64,000 nt of DNA from the UHGV virus genome UHGV-0306641, one strand, 5' to 3'. The DNA is from a virus. Numbering within the stretch: position 1 is the stretch's first letter; every line of letters starts with the position of its first letter. The notes beneath the pieces are model-generated. The model was not told the origin of the DNA and did not search any database. It saw only the letters and a program-made list of their open reading frames with translations. The translations under genes and the position numbers were made by a program. Of this stretch, positions 54,486 to 64,000 are shown piece after piece.

Positions 54486-56072
54486 ATGAAACAAATTCCT
54501 TTTGCAGTTGGTCAGGCATCCGGTATCGCGATCATGCCGGTTAATGCTGATGCGACCAACACCAATACGTCAGGCGGTGCTTCTGTTTTCGCTGGGTTAG
54601 TAATTTCCCGCCGTGGCAAGCCAGGCGTAGTATTACGCGTTACTGCAAATAACTATCAGTCGGTGCTGGGCGCGGCTATCCATCCGCGTCAGGGGGCTAT
54701 GTTTGAGCCATTGCGTCACGTCGAACGTGCGACAAAAGGCGGTGATGGTTATGTCGTTCGCGTGTGCGCGCCAGACATGAAAATCCCGATGCTGGCCCTT
54801 ACGCTAAATGCGGAAACAAAAGCGTTCACCGCGACAGCATCCACCATGAACGTTGGGGCGCTCCCTGCCCTGCCTGATGGCGCTCACGCGCTGATTTACA
54901 TTGATGATGGTGATGCCTCTACCTCTCGTGCAATTAACTTACATGAGGATGAGACTTCCGAAGGCTTATTCATTCTGGAGCTGCAGGAAACTGATGCTGC
55001 AGGTACCGTCACTATTCTGGAATCGCACCAGGTATCCTTTGATCCTGATGGTATTACCGACATGGGGACCCCGGCATTCATTGCTACGGCTCTGGAAAAT
55101 GGTTCCACGCGATTACGTGCGCTGGTGGCGGATGATGCACATGAAGCTATCTCTCAGCTTCAGGGAGAATTGACGCCGGTTAAAGCAATACCGTTTGTTG
55201 GCGGTAGTGATGGTGATTTTTCGACGATTAAGGCTGCTGATTATCAAAAAGCGCTGACAGTCCTGAAAAAATCGATGTTTAGCTTTACTGCAGTCCTCTC
55301 ACTCGGTTGTTACGACCCCACAGTGATTGCGGATCTGGATAAATTTTCCCAAGATATTCGGGTTGATATGTTCTATGACCTGAAGGGCGCACAAACAGCC
55401 GCGTTAGCTATCACTGAAGCGAAGTCACACGGCCTCGGTGGATCTCACCAATCATGTCGCTATTACTTCCCGTATTCCTGCCGCGATGTATTCACTGGCG
55501 CAAATGTTGTATTCGGGATCTCCTGTGAGGCGTTTATTGCTAAGGCTAAAGGCGTTGCGCTGGTCCCGGATGTTGGTGGCTGGCATTACGCACCTGCAGG
55601 GACTTCGCGGGGCATCATTAGTCGTCAGAACATCAAGCCTATCCCTAATCTGGATGAGATTGATCTCGAAGAGTTCGTTAAAGCCCGAATCAACACGGTT
55701 GCGATGAATGAAGCCGGTGATCTTTATATTGACGATTACCTGACGACTATCACCAAAAACAACTACCTGCGTCTGCAGCCTATTAGCTCGTTGATGAACG
55801 CAATTGCGCGCGGTTTTTACCAGGTTGCTGAGGCTGCAAAACATGAGCCTGATGGCGTTACGGCAACGGTATTGACGTCGGGTATGACAGATTTGCTTGA
55901 GCGATTTGTTGCCGCTGAAGCACTGGTAAAACCTCGCGATACAAGCCAGGGCGAGTCCCCTTTCACCCTGTCACTGACCCAAAAAGACATTGACCTGTGG
56001 GAACTGGAATGGGCTGTTTGCCCGACGGGTTCGTCACGTCGAATTGTCGGTAAACCGATGCTCTTGCGCTAA
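54486..56072 (+). CDS. tail sheath protein candidate (528 aa)
   Basis: size, position before tube-like gene and tape measure; C-terminal GDLYIDDY segment resembles sheath-family conserved region. Confidence 0.5.
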   Translation: MKQIPFAVGQASGIAIMPVNADATNTNTSGGASVFAGLVISRRGKPGVVLRVTANNYQSVLGAAIHPRQGAMFEPLRHVERATKGGDGYVVRVCAPDMKIPMLALTLNAETKAFTATASTMNVGALPALPDGAHALIYIDDGDASTSRAINLHEDETSEGLFILELQETDAAGTVTILESHQVSFDPDGITDMGTPAFIATALENGSTRLRALVADDAHEAISQLQGELTPVKAIPFVGGSDGDFSTIKAADYQKALTVLKKSMFSFTAVLSLGCYDPTVIADLDKFSQDIRVDMFYDLKGAQTAALAITEAKSHGLGGSHQSCRYYFPYSCRDVFTGANVVFGISCEAFIAKAKGVALVPDVGGWHYAPAGTSRGIISRQNIKPIPNLDEIDLEEFVKARINTVAMNEAGDLYIDDYLTTITKNNYLRLQPISSLMNAIARGFYQVAEAAKHEPDGVTATVLTSGMTDLLERFVAAEALVKPRDTSQGESPFTLSLTQKDIDLWELEWAVCPTGSSRRIVGKPMLLR

Positions 56073-56082
56073 GGAAAAAGAG

Positions 56083-56793
56083 ATGCTGAATAAACGTAAT
56101 ATGAACCATAGCCTACTGCTCCAGGCCGGTTTTTCCGTGGATACCACTGCTGAAGAACAAGCCATGCTTGAAAACAATACTAATAAGAACAAGCCTGTCA
56201 AAAAAGATGGCGATAAAGAAATGGCTATGATGGAAGCGGTAGAGCGCCGCTACAACGAGGACCGTCGTAGTGTTGCGGCGTCTATGCTTGTGGACTGGGC
56301 CAACGACGGCGAACCAACCTGGCTTGATTTTAGTGCGTTGGCTATTTCCCTGGCTGACCTGCCTGATCTGGAAGACGACAGCGCCGACTATACCGACGAA
56401 CAGGTTGATGCTTACAACGATGCGCTGTCTGACCTGGCCTACGCAGCTATTGCACTCGGTGCAGACCAGGAAGACGTCACTAGTATGATCGACGATGAAG
56501 ATGATGACGCTGCAGCTGCTGTCTACGATGCTATTAATGACATTGATGACAGCGATGAAGCTATTTCTCAATACACTATCGCCGGTGATGACGATGACGC
56601 TATGTTTGAAGCGCCGAAAATTAAGGTTGTTCGCGACGGAAAAGTAAAACTGATCCGTAAACGCATTCGTAAACTGCGCCGAACCTCCAAACAAAAAGCG
56701 GCCTTGAAAAAAGCACGTCGTAAAGCGCAAACCTCCACGGCAAAACTACACCGCCGTAAATCCATGAAGCTCCGCCAAAAGCGCGGAATGTAA
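56083..56793 (+). CDS. acidic protein with strongly basic C-terminal tail (236 aa)
   Basis: AAGGA RBS; KRIRKLRRTSKQKAALKKARRKAQ tail. Confidence 0.6.
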   Translation: MLNKRNMNHSLLLQAGFSVDTTAEEQAMLENNTNKNKPVKKDGDKEMAMMEAVERRYNEDRRSVAASMLVDWANDGEPTWLDFSALAISLADLPDLEDDSADYTDEQVDAYNDALSDLAYAAIALGADQEDVTSMIDDEDDDAAAAVYDAINDIDDSDEAISQYTIAGDDDDAMFEAPKIKVVRDGKVKLIRKRIRKLRRTSKQKAALKKARRKAQTSTAKLHRRKSMKLRQKRGM

Positions 56794-56802
56794 TGAGCCT
56801 GA

Positions 56803-56830
56803 GCCACCAGCAACTTGCTGGTGGCTTTTT
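56803..56830 (+). terminator. Rho-independent terminator
   Basis: GCCACCAGC-aactt-GCTGGTGGC then T5. Confidence 0.75.
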
Positions 56831-56844
56831 AGGGAGCCTTCACA

Positions 56845-57435
56845 ATGATTTGTGGCGCGATAATGCCAGATGGCGTAAGCCCCTTCCTGAAAGTCTTTAT
56901 TACGTCAGAAACGCATATGGTTGTGGGCTATATAGGCCAGGGTAGCAGTGCTGAACTGCAATCCATGTGGGAATCACCGTTCGGTAACGACAGCTTAGGG
57001 GGTATGGCGGGGGCTGTCAGTTCTGCAGCCGGTAAAGTGGCTTCAACCGCTCAGGCTATGTCAGACCAGACAACCAAATCGACCTTCAATAGCCTGCTGA
57101 TATGGGAAGGCCAGACACCACCGACGTTTAACCTTGTCATTGATCTGATGGCTACAATGGATGCGAAGGTGGAGGTAAATGATGCTATTTCCACCTTGCT
57201 GCAGATGGAATCGCCGGAGCTGGCAGCAATGGCAGCTACAGGACGCCGACCCACACCAGTTATTCTGGATATCGGTCGCAGACTGAAACTGATGGATGTT
57301 GTGATTCAGAACGTCAGCTATCAGCTCGATGTTCCGAAAACAGCCCAAGGCTACTATACGCATAATACCGTTACACTGCAGTGCTCTGGTATGGCTGTAC
57401 AAAACCAGTCTGACATTCCCTACATGTTTATCTGA
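56845..57435 (+). CDS. hypothetical structural protein (196 aa)
   Basis: GGGAG RBS. Confidence 0.55.
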   Translation: MICGAIMPDGVSPFLKVFITSETHMVVGYIGQGSSAELQSMWESPFGNDSLGGMAGAVSSAAGKVASTAQAMSDQTTKSTFNSLLIWEGQTPPTFNLVIDLMATMDAKVEVNDAISTLLQMESPELAAMAATGRRPTPVILDIGRRLKLMDVVIQNVSYQLDVPKTAQGYYTHNTVTLQCSGMAVQNQSDIPYMFI

Positions 57436-57444
57436 TCCTTTCGT

Positions 57445-57471
57445 AAATCACAGACTACTTATCCTACCCCC
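57445..57471 (+). promoter_or_regulatory. class I late-promoter-like element AAATCACAGACTACTTATCCTACCCCC
   Basis: conserved with 35065 and 59575. Confidence 0.5.
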
Positions 57472-57514
57472 AGTGCAATTTTGGCACTGCCACTGTTTCA
57501 ACTGAGGGGTATTT

Positions 57515-58006
57515 ATGTCTGGATTTTCCAACACCAAAGCCGATATGGGCTTTCTCAAAAAACGCCTTAATCAGAGCCTTGCCGCCGGTGAAAAACTGGT
57601 TGGCTCTGAGTTTTGGATGCGCATCAAGGGTTATGACAATTTGTCTATTCTTGTTCGTACAGCCCAAATTCCTGAAATGACCCGTGAAGACGTGGAAGAT
57701 TTCGCGCCGAGTGGCATGAAAATTAACCAACATGGGCCTATTCGTAACTCTGGCGAAATTCAGGTGACGTGCGCAGAAACTATCAAAGGCGATGTGTTTA
57801 AAGCCGTGCGTCAAATGGTTTATGGCAAAGAGTATGTCGATATCGAGCTTCAGGCAGCTGCAGAATCTAACAGTGGTTCAGATGGCGGTATCACTCGCAA
57901 ATTGCTGCATTGTAAGGTCTACAGTGACGCCATTGATTTCGGTTCAGAAGACGTGACTACTGTTGTGCGCCCTACCCTACGTATCGTTTACAACTGGGCT
58001 GAATAA
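57515..58006 (+). CDS. tail tube protein candidate (163 aa)
   Basis: size/position after sheath candidate; GAGGGG RBS. Confidence 0.4.
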   Translation: MSGFSNTKADMGFLKKRLNQSLAAGEKLVGSEFWMRIKGYDNLSILVRTAQIPEMTREDVEDFAPSGMKINQHGPIRNSGEIQVTCAETIKGDVFKAVRQMVYGKEYVDIELQAAAESNSGSDGGITRKLLHCKVYSDAIDFGSEDVTTVVRPTLRIVYNWAE

Positions 58007-58008
58007 TT

Positions 58009-58560
58009 ATGACGCCAGTCGATATGCTGGAAGGCGTTAAAAAGCGCTTTCAGCCGCTTCTCGCGGATGATGAGACATTGCTTAAAACCCTGTTACGTCA
58101 AGCGTTGACGACTTATCAGGATAAGGCTGGCGTAATAGGCCGAGTTCAGATAAGCAAGCAGGATGGCGTCAGCCTGAAGCTACCAGAAGATTATCTGGCA
58201 TTAATCCATGTCACAGATAGTCGCGGTGGCCTGGTGTATGCCGACCCCTACCCTGACTCCATCAGACTGGATTTGGATGGCTGCGAACGTTATCCACTGA
58301 CAATGGCGTATTTGCTCAACCTGAGAGATCGTGATTTCGAAAAATGGGTTATACCGGATGACATTATCGGGAGCCTGGAAGACTATCTGGAGGCGCTTAT
58401 TGCGATTAAAAACACGGAGAGACTCCGCATTGTAGCCATCGCCGGGAAACTGGATACCAGTGGATACCCTGATGAAATTACTCTGCAGCAGCGCAAGCAA
58501 GAGCTGGAGCTGCAAATGTCGGCGAACAGAGCGATTATCCCTGGCGCAACCATACTGTAA
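58009..58560 (+). CDS. hypothetical tail-module protein (183 aa)
   Basis: ORF. Confidence 0.6.
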   Translation: MTPVDMLEGVKKRFQPLLADDETLLKTLLRQALTTYQDKAGVIGRVQISKQDGVSLKLPEDYLALIHVTDSRGGLVYADPYPDSIRLDLDGCERYPLTMAYLLNLRDRDFEKWVIPDDIIGSLEDYLEALIAIKNTERLRIVAIAGKLDTSGYPDEITLQQRKQELELQMSANRAIIPGATIL

Positions 58561-58614
58561 CGCGTGGATCAGTGCTGCATAGTTTGCAGCACTCCACCAG
58601 CTCACGAGGTGATT

Positions 58615-59316
58615 ATGGGTTTTTTTGATGGGCTGGCGAATAACATCACTGGTGGTGCCAGTGCTAAATCTATCGGCAGTAACCTCCTTTCCAACATTCT
58701 TGACCGGGCCACATCGATCACCAGCGGAAAATCAGTTTCGTTCGGTGGCATGCCTGCGGAGCTATCGAACGCTAAATCAATTCTGCAGGCTGCGATGCGT
58801 ATTCGTTATGCACAGGGCTGGCAATGGACGGTTGAAGCTGATGGGATGCCCGGAATTGATATGTACGCAAAAGACGTCACATTTGGTTTTGGCAACATTG
58901 AAACCGAGTCAAAAATTATCGGGGGTATTGAATTTAATAAACCGACTCATCGGACTGCGGGAAACCTTACGATGACCGTTCGTGATAACGAGAACGGTGA
59001 TCTGTATAAATGGTTCGATCAGCGTCGTGCTAAGGTCATCAACAATGACGGTACCATCAACCTCCCCCCTTCCTATCTTATGAATATTCGACTGTACAGG
59101 GTATCTCAGGACGGTCAACGAACACTGGCTGAAGAAGCTGCAATGATCCCTACCACGCTGGGGGAAGTCACCTGGTCGCGTGATCAAGTGACAGAGTTCA
59201 TGTCATACCCTCTGTCATTTGTTAAAGGTTCGTCTATTAACAAAGGGTTTAGTGGGCTTGCAGGCAGCGCCATATCTGGGCTGACCAGTAAAATCGGGAG
59301 TGGAATATCCTTCTAA
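58615..59316 (+). CDS. hypothetical tail-module protein (234 aa)
   Basis: start MGFFDG with GAGGTG RBS. Confidence 0.55.
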   Translation: MGFFDGLANNITGGASAKSIGSNLLSNILDRATSITSGKSVSFGGMPAELSNAKSILQAAMRIRYAQGWQWTVEADGMPGIDMYAKDVTFGFGNIETESKIIGGIEFNKPTHRTAGNLTMTVRDNENGDLYKWFDQRRAKVINNDGTINLPPSYLMNIRLYRVSQDGQRTLAEEAAMIPTTLGEVTWSRDQVTEFMSYPLSFVKGSSINKGFSGLAGSAISGLTSKIGSGISF

Positions 59317-59329
59317 ACGTAAATGCAGT

Positions 59330-59530
59330 GTATGTACTTGATGTTATGTCATTGGATATGCGATGTAATATCAATGTACATACAAATATGTAATTACGAC
59401 GTACATGCAATGTGTGTTCGTTGTGCCGCATAAGTGCGACACTGTATTTACAAATAAGTATTTACTGTGTATGTGCGTATGGTTAACGATGTGAATATGT
59501 TGTATTTACTTAATCGTATTATCATTGTAT
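59330..59530. repeat. third AT-rich repeat cluster of the TGTATTTAC / ATGTACATACAA family, inside the tail module
   Basis: CTGTATTTACAAATAAGTATTTACTG, TTGTATTTACTTAATCG, CATTGTATTTACGTTG, CAATGTACATACAAATATGTAATTACG. Confidence 0.55.
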
Positions 59531-59574
59531 TTACGTTGTGTTGTCTTTTATTGGCGAAGAGAATGCGCCATAAC

Positions 59575-59600
59575 GAAAACACAGACTGCATATCCTACTC
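59575..59600 (+). promoter_or_regulatory. class I late-promoter-like element AAACACAGACTGCATATCCTACTC
   Basis: conserved with 35065 and 57445; 32 nt upstream of ATG. Confidence 0.5.
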
Positions 59601-59626
59601 AGCATCACTTCATTGCTGGGGCAAAC

Positions 59627-60445
59627 ATGAAAATTCCTGATTTCCCATTACCATCCCAACCAAGAACAGAGATCCAATTCCGCATGCCAACGGTGGATGA
59701 CGCTATGTTGTATAGCGACAGTCTGCCAGACCAAGAGGAAGCCACGACAACAAAATACCTCAACGCCATGCAAGCTGGGGAGGTAAACGATAGCGCCCTC
59801 TGGACGGCTCAGGATCGTCGTACTGCTCTTTGGTGGATTTACATCAATTCCCGCACGGATACAGTCTCCACGTACCCCTATGTCTGCCAGCACTGCGGAG
59901 AAACTCATTTCTATGATTTCGACCTGAGAGAGCTTTCTGAAAATGCAGAATTGCTGACAGAGGTTCCAGAACGTCGCGTAATGGTACCGGTTCAAGGTGT
60001 TCCGACTGAATGGACATTAAAACCATTGGATGGTCGGGGAATTTGTATGCTTGAAAAGCTACGCTTCATGCTTCCTGAAGAAACCGACCCTGAATACAAA
60101 AATGCTGAGCGTCGAATGCGTCTGGCTGAAATTGCCTTGAATACGGCTCTTGATGACGACCCGGATGATTACGAAGCTGCAGCAAATCGCCGTTATGACT
60201 TGATCGCAAGCATGGCTACAGATACCGAATTTGTACCGTTAGTTGCCAAAATTCACTTAATGCAACGCGAGCTACGGCATGGCCTGGACGTGAGCATTGA
60301 GCGCGGTGTTGTGTCCCTTGTTCTCCCTCCGCATAGCTGTGAAGCCGAAGGTAAGGAGGGCAAAGCAACTCGATTGCTGGTTCCCTTTCGGAATAGCTCA
60401 TTCATTCCAAACTTTAAATCTGAGTGGCTGGTTAACCGTTATTAA
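59627..60445 (+). CDS. tail assembly chaperone candidate (272 aa)
   Basis: position immediately upstream of tape measure; overlapping alternative-frame ORF ends at sit start. Confidence 0.5.
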   Translation: MKIPDFPLPSQPRTEIQFRMPTVDDAMLYSDSLPDQEEATTTKYLNAMQAGEVNDSALWTAQDRRTALWWIYINSRTDTVSTYPYVCQHCGETHFYDFDLRELSENAELLTEVPERRVMVPVQGVPTEWTLKPLDGRGICMLEKLRFMLPEETDPEYKNAERRMRLAEIALNTALDDDPDDYEAAANRRYDLIASMATDTEFVPLVAKIHLMQRELRHGLDVSIERGVVSLVLPPHSCEAEGKEGKATRLLVPFRNSSFIPNFKSEWLVNRY

Positions 60446-60559
60446 CAACCTCACGCTTTACGGCTATCAGCCGGTAAGCGACGTAGAGCGACTGCCGGAA
60501 TGGAGAGCACTGGAAATGAATAAAGCGCTGCAGGATAAGTACAAACCCAAGAGGTCTTA

Positions 60560-63500
60560 ATGATGGTTAAAAAGGATCGGTTAAGCATCATTGATGCCAT
60601 CGAGAAAGCCAGCGAAGCCGAATTAGGAGAGTTAGCTAAGATCTCCCAGGCGTTACAAAACTTAGCCCCAGCAAATGAGCGTGGACCTGTAGATGGAGAG
60701 TCGAATGGTTCAACTCTGGTTGTTAGTCGCCGACTGAAGCAACGCACAAATGTCCCTGGCCCTAAAAATTCAAGACCGCCACAGGCCGAAAAAGCAGATA
60801 TAAAAAGCCCACAAACAGCCAGAAAAGAACAAAAAAGAACTTATGAAAGGGACTTTAGCGAAAGGTCGGAATCTGGTGGCGAAAAAATACGTACAGAAAG
60901 GACCAAAAAGGCCATTAATGGAGTTAACGAAGGGCGTGAGCGTCGAACATACGCGGATGTTCTGACGGCTAATGGTCAGAAACTGGCGCGGAAGAGGGGG
61001 CCAAAACCATCCAGTGAACGGCGTCAGCAGCATTCGCGAGAAACCAGGGCAGGTGAAGAAAGCAATAATTCACCAAATCGTGATGCATCCGGGCGCTTTG
61101 TTTCCCGCGACAAAGTTGAAGAGACAAGTCGAGTTCGCCAGCAAAAGTTAGGGCTGAAGGAACAGGAAAAGTTACAGGGTGGCTTTTTCAATCGGCTGGG
61201 CAACATGCTCAAGAGTAACAGTGAAAAGGATTCAAAGCTGAATGCTGACGGCGCGGAGTTGGTGGGTGGTGCTGCCGTTGGTGGACCTGTATGGATGCTG
61301 GGCAGGGGAATGTTTGATCTCGGCAAGAGCGTTAGCGATAACGTTGTATCCCTGCAGCAATGGGTAAGCGACAAAAAAGAAGGTAAAGAGCTGAGTGAAC
61401 CTACACCAGCGAAGAAATATCCCGATGTAGTGACCCAGCCATTACCTCCACCAAAAATGGGCAGTAAATCTTCAGCGGAAACATTCAGCAAAGGTGCTCA
61501 GGAAAAAGGGATTCAGGCTACTCAAGAGCAAACGCAGGTTATTGCAGCCAATGATGAACGAATCATTGAAGGCCTGGACGAAATCAGGGAAGAAATTAAG
61601 CGCAGCGGTAAAGGCGCAGCTGGTGGTGGGTTAGGTGGATGGTTCGGCGATCGCTTCGGTAGAAAAGGGAGAAGAGGGCGGTTAGGTCATATCGGACGAG
61701 GTGACGCATCTCTGCCTGAAAAAGCCCGTAAAAAGGTACGTAAACCCCGAAATGGCAGCTTAGGTAAGCTGAAGGCAGTAATGACAAGCGCCAATGTGCT
61801 GAAAGGTGCTGGTGGTGTTGCTGCAGGCGGTGCTCTCGTTGCTACTGGGGCTAAAGTCGCAACGGATGTTGTTGCCAAACCTGTAGCGGAGAAAGTGACG
61901 ACAAAAGCCGTTGAAGCTGCAGCTAAACCTGTTGCAGCTAAGGTCGTTGCGCCTATAGCAGAAGAGGCTGGCGAGGCTGCAGCCAAAACAGGGGCGCTCA
62001 AAGCTGGCGGCAAACTTGGCGCAAAGACTGCATTGAAGGCGATCCCGCTTCTCGGTACCGCGCTTAGCATTGGCTGGGATGCCTATGACGGGGCCACTGA
62101 TGAAGAAGGGCAGAGGGCAGCATTTAACGTCGCAGATGGCAAAGAAGTCAGCGCCCGACAAAAGACAGCGTTTACCGCCGCGAACGTACTCAATATGGGG
62201 GGGCTGGTATCTGGTGGTGCTGGCTTACTCGCTTCCGGCGCGCGCATGTTCGGTATGGACAGCGTTGCCGATGCGTTGACCTTCGATACTGAGAGTATTG
62301 CGAAAGGCCTTGATTCCGGTATGGCGACGGTCGGCGATGCCATATCAAAAGTGACGTCATCCTATGAGGATAAGGGCAACGAAATAACCAAAGCCGTATC
62401 TGATGGTACCGATAAAACTGTTAATGCAATTAACCGGTTAGGTACCCAAATGCAGGGGGGCGAATGGGGCAAAGATAACGTTGGTGCTGCAGGTAAATCT
62501 GTTTCAGATTACGAGTCAGTTCAGACCAATGACATAGGCGCAGACCTGAATATAGGCGGGAAAAACGCTAAAGTTCGATCATTCCGCAACAACAACTTTG
62601 GAAACCTGAACTACGTCGGGCAAGAAGGTGCGAGGCTCGAAGATCCGAACAGTAAAGGTGAAGCGAGGTTCGCTAAATTCAATACGCCGGAGGAAGGATT
62701 CAGGGCTTTGGCGCACCAGCTCACCCTGTACTCAAATGGGAAGTCGAAGGCAACCGGCGGTAAAAAACTCAATTCCGTAGAAGACATTATCAAAGTCTAT
62801 GCGCCGGAGAGCGAAAACAGCACGAAGGACTATATCAGCGCACTTTCCAAAAAAATGGGCGTGGAGTCTGGACAGCAGCTGGATATGACTAACCCGGATG
62901 TAATGACCCAGTTAATCCGTGGTATTGCTACGATCGAAGGAGGTAATCCACAGGTTACTGATCAGTTCATTAAAGACTCAATTGGCACACATGAAAACGG
63001 TAAATGGGTTGGCGGTAAATTTAGCAATGAGTCTCTGAAAGTAGTCAATGAAGCCCGCGCCAGCAAAGGCCTGGCTCCAGTAGCGGAAAATTCCCTCTAT
63101 AGCACTGGCAGCAAAGTAATAACAACCGCGCCAAAAGGCGTAGTTTCTCCGTCACCAGCTCCAATCGCGACACCTGCAGCTGTCGCTGACATCCCGGCTA
63201 AAGTGGACAAAGTTGTTCAGGAACAACTGAATGAACACGGCGTTCGAGGGATGACAAAGAACCGACCGGAAGAGGGAGTATCGCAGCCTAAATCAGCGAT
63301 TAAATCCAGTGAAGAGGTTGCAAAAGCATTAGCTGAAAAGGCGGCGTCAGGCTCCGCCGGTATATGGGATAAGACAAAATCTGCAGCTGCAACGGGGGCC
63401 AGTGCGGTAATGGCTGCACCAGGTAAACTCGATGCCGCGCTGCAGGAGAAGATGACGGAGTATAACGTCAGGGGAATGGCGAAGAATCGTCCTTCAGCTG

Positions 63501-64000
63501 GGCTATCACTTCCCGCCGGTGCAACGATGCCATCCTCGCTTGAAGTTGCTGCACTACCGGCAGCTGAAATTGCGCGCCGAGGCAGGGATGCCGCTAATCG
63601 CCAAAACACGCAGGCAACTACCACTGTGTCGGCGTCCGGGCGTCCAGCTGCAGGCGCAGCTCCCAGTGCTACTTCTAGCATTCCGAGAGTAACCGCGCGC
63701 GATGCTGCAGTACCAGAAGAAAGCATGTTTGAGAAAGCGATGGGGGGTGCTGTTGACGGTTTAAAAGCTGTTGGTGCCTCCATCCTTCCGGCAGTTAGTG
63801 ACACGCTAAATCAGACCGTTAGCGGCTTCAGTGGTAATCAGATCGTTGGTGATGCGCTAAATGCTGCAGGTATGTCTGATCCAACCATTCAGCGCGCTAT
63901 AGCTCCTATCACCGACAAGGTAGGTACTTGGCTTGATAGTGGCGTCAGTTCACTCACTGATGCTTCGACTTCTCTATTAACGAAGGACCAGACGGCTCAG
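60560..64000 (+). CDS. tape measure protein with internal lysozyme/transglycosylase-like segment (Sit-like); 3' end beyond window
   Basis: >1140-aa open frame from ATG 60560 to window end (absent from ORF track for lack of a stop); Gly/Ala-rich repeats; FRNNNFGNLNYVGQEGAR...RGIATIEGG segment; P1 Sit is a ~1140-aa tape measure with transglycosylase domain (from memory). Confidence 0.75.
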   Translation, partial: MMVKKDRLSIIDAIEKASEAELGELAKISQALQNLAPANERGPVDGESNGSTLVVSRRLKQRTNVPGPKNSRPPQAEKADIKSPQTARKEQKRTYERDFSERSESGGEKIRTERTKKAINGVNEGRERRTYADVLTANGQKLARKRGPKPSSERRQQHSRETRAGEESNNSPNRDASGRFVSRDKVEETSRVRQQKLGLKEQEKLQGGFFNRLGNMLKSNSEKDSKLNADGAELVGGAAVGGPVWMLGRGMFDLGKSVSDNVVSLQQWVSDKKEGKELSEPTPAKKYPDVVTQPLPPPKMGSKSSAETFSKGAQEKGIQATQEQTQVIAANDERIIEGLDEIREEIKRSGKGAAGGGLGGWFGDRFGRKGRRGRLGHIGRGDASLPEKARKKVRKPRNGSLGKLKAVMTSANVLKGAGGVAAGGALVATGAKVATDVVAKPVAEKVTTKAVEAAAKPVAAKVVAPIAEEAGEAAAKTGALKAGGKLGAKTALKAIPLLGTALSIGWDAYDGATDEEGQRAAFNVADGKEVSARQKTAFTAANVLNMGGLVSGGAGLLASGARMFGMDSVADALTFDTESIAKGLDSGMATVGDAISKVTSSYEDKGNEITKAVSDGTDKTVNAINRLGTQMQGGEWGKDNVGAAGKSVSDYESVQTNDIGADLNIGGKNAKVRSFRNNNFGNLNYVGQEGARLEDPNSKGEARFAKFNTPEEGFRALAHQLTLYSNGKSKATGGKKLNSVEDIIKVYAPESENSTKDYISALSKKMGVESGQQLDMTNPDVMTQLIRGIATIEGGNPQVTDQFIKDSIGTHENGKWVGGKFSNESLKVVNEARASKGLAPVAENSLYSTGSKVITTAPKGVVSPSPAPIATPAAVADIPAKVDKVVQEQLNEHGVRGMTKNRPEEGVSQPKSAIKSSEEVAKALAEKAASGSAGIWDKTKSAAATGASAVMAAPGKLDAALQEKMTEYNVRGMAKNRPSAGLSLPAGATMPSSLEVAALPAAEIARRGRDAANRQNTQATTTVSASGRPAAGAAPSATSSIPRVTARDAAVPEESMFEKAMGGAVDGLKAVGASILPAVSDTLNQTVSGFSGNQIVGDALNAAGMSDPTIQRAIAPITDKVGTWLDSGVSSLTDASTSLLTKDQTAQ

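Noticed and set aside
61024-63804. Minus-strand ORFs 61024-61491, 61687-62070, 61760-62161, 62083-62343, 63217-63804
   Set aside because: They lie antisense to the uninterrupted tape-measure reading frame (60560 to window end). Their Ala/Ser/Pro-rich translations are the usual artefact of GC-rich Gly/Ala codon runs.
1-64000. tRNA genes (P1 carries several)
   Set aside because: I could not recognise any cloverleaf-compatible segment by eye in the intergenic regions. Running tRNAscan-SE would settle this.

Overview
The window reads as a segment of a P1-like (Punavirus-related) phage-plasmid from an enterobacterial host, divergent from P1 itself. P1 similarities are asserted from memory and are only about 30-50% identical by eye. 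Recognisable P1 hallmarks appear in P1-like local order. They include a giant DarB-like SNF2/DEAH helicase protein (5' truncated), pacA-pacB terminase genes with Dam-site TGATCA hexamers, a C1-repressor homolog, and a lox-like site upstream of a Cre homolog. They also include a Ref-like HNH protein, hrdC (RdgC homolog) followed by the bifunctional C5/N6 methyltransferase dmt, and the R-replicon (DnaA boxes, GATC heptamers, 5 iterons, repA, 3 downstream iterons). HumD (UmuD'-like), Rz/Rz1 spanins and a Sit-like tape-measure protein (3' truncated) are present too. The window also carries two partition systems (actin-type ParM/ParR and Walker-type ParA plus a small partner flanked by an AT-rich repeat family), a higBA toxin-antitoxin pair, and an ATPase-dead paralog of the terminase N-domain in the position of P1 mat. 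Two tail/baseplate-like modules are present. About 37 small minus-strand early genes (41.5-52.6 kb) include ASCH, DUF262 and three Lar-like CPFCG zinc-ribbon proteins. Several recurrent DNA motifs are not explained by the gene calls. A TTCTAAGG-core site occurs at 10 intergenic positions and is a candidate operator regulon of the C1 homolog. Two families of activator-type promoter motifs sit upstream of structural operons. Twin perfect 16-bp palindromes and a 30-bp repeat shared by the 3' ends of two genes were also found. No tRNA, rRNA or CRISPR array could be supported by eye. All functional calls are from motif and synteny recognition without database searches.
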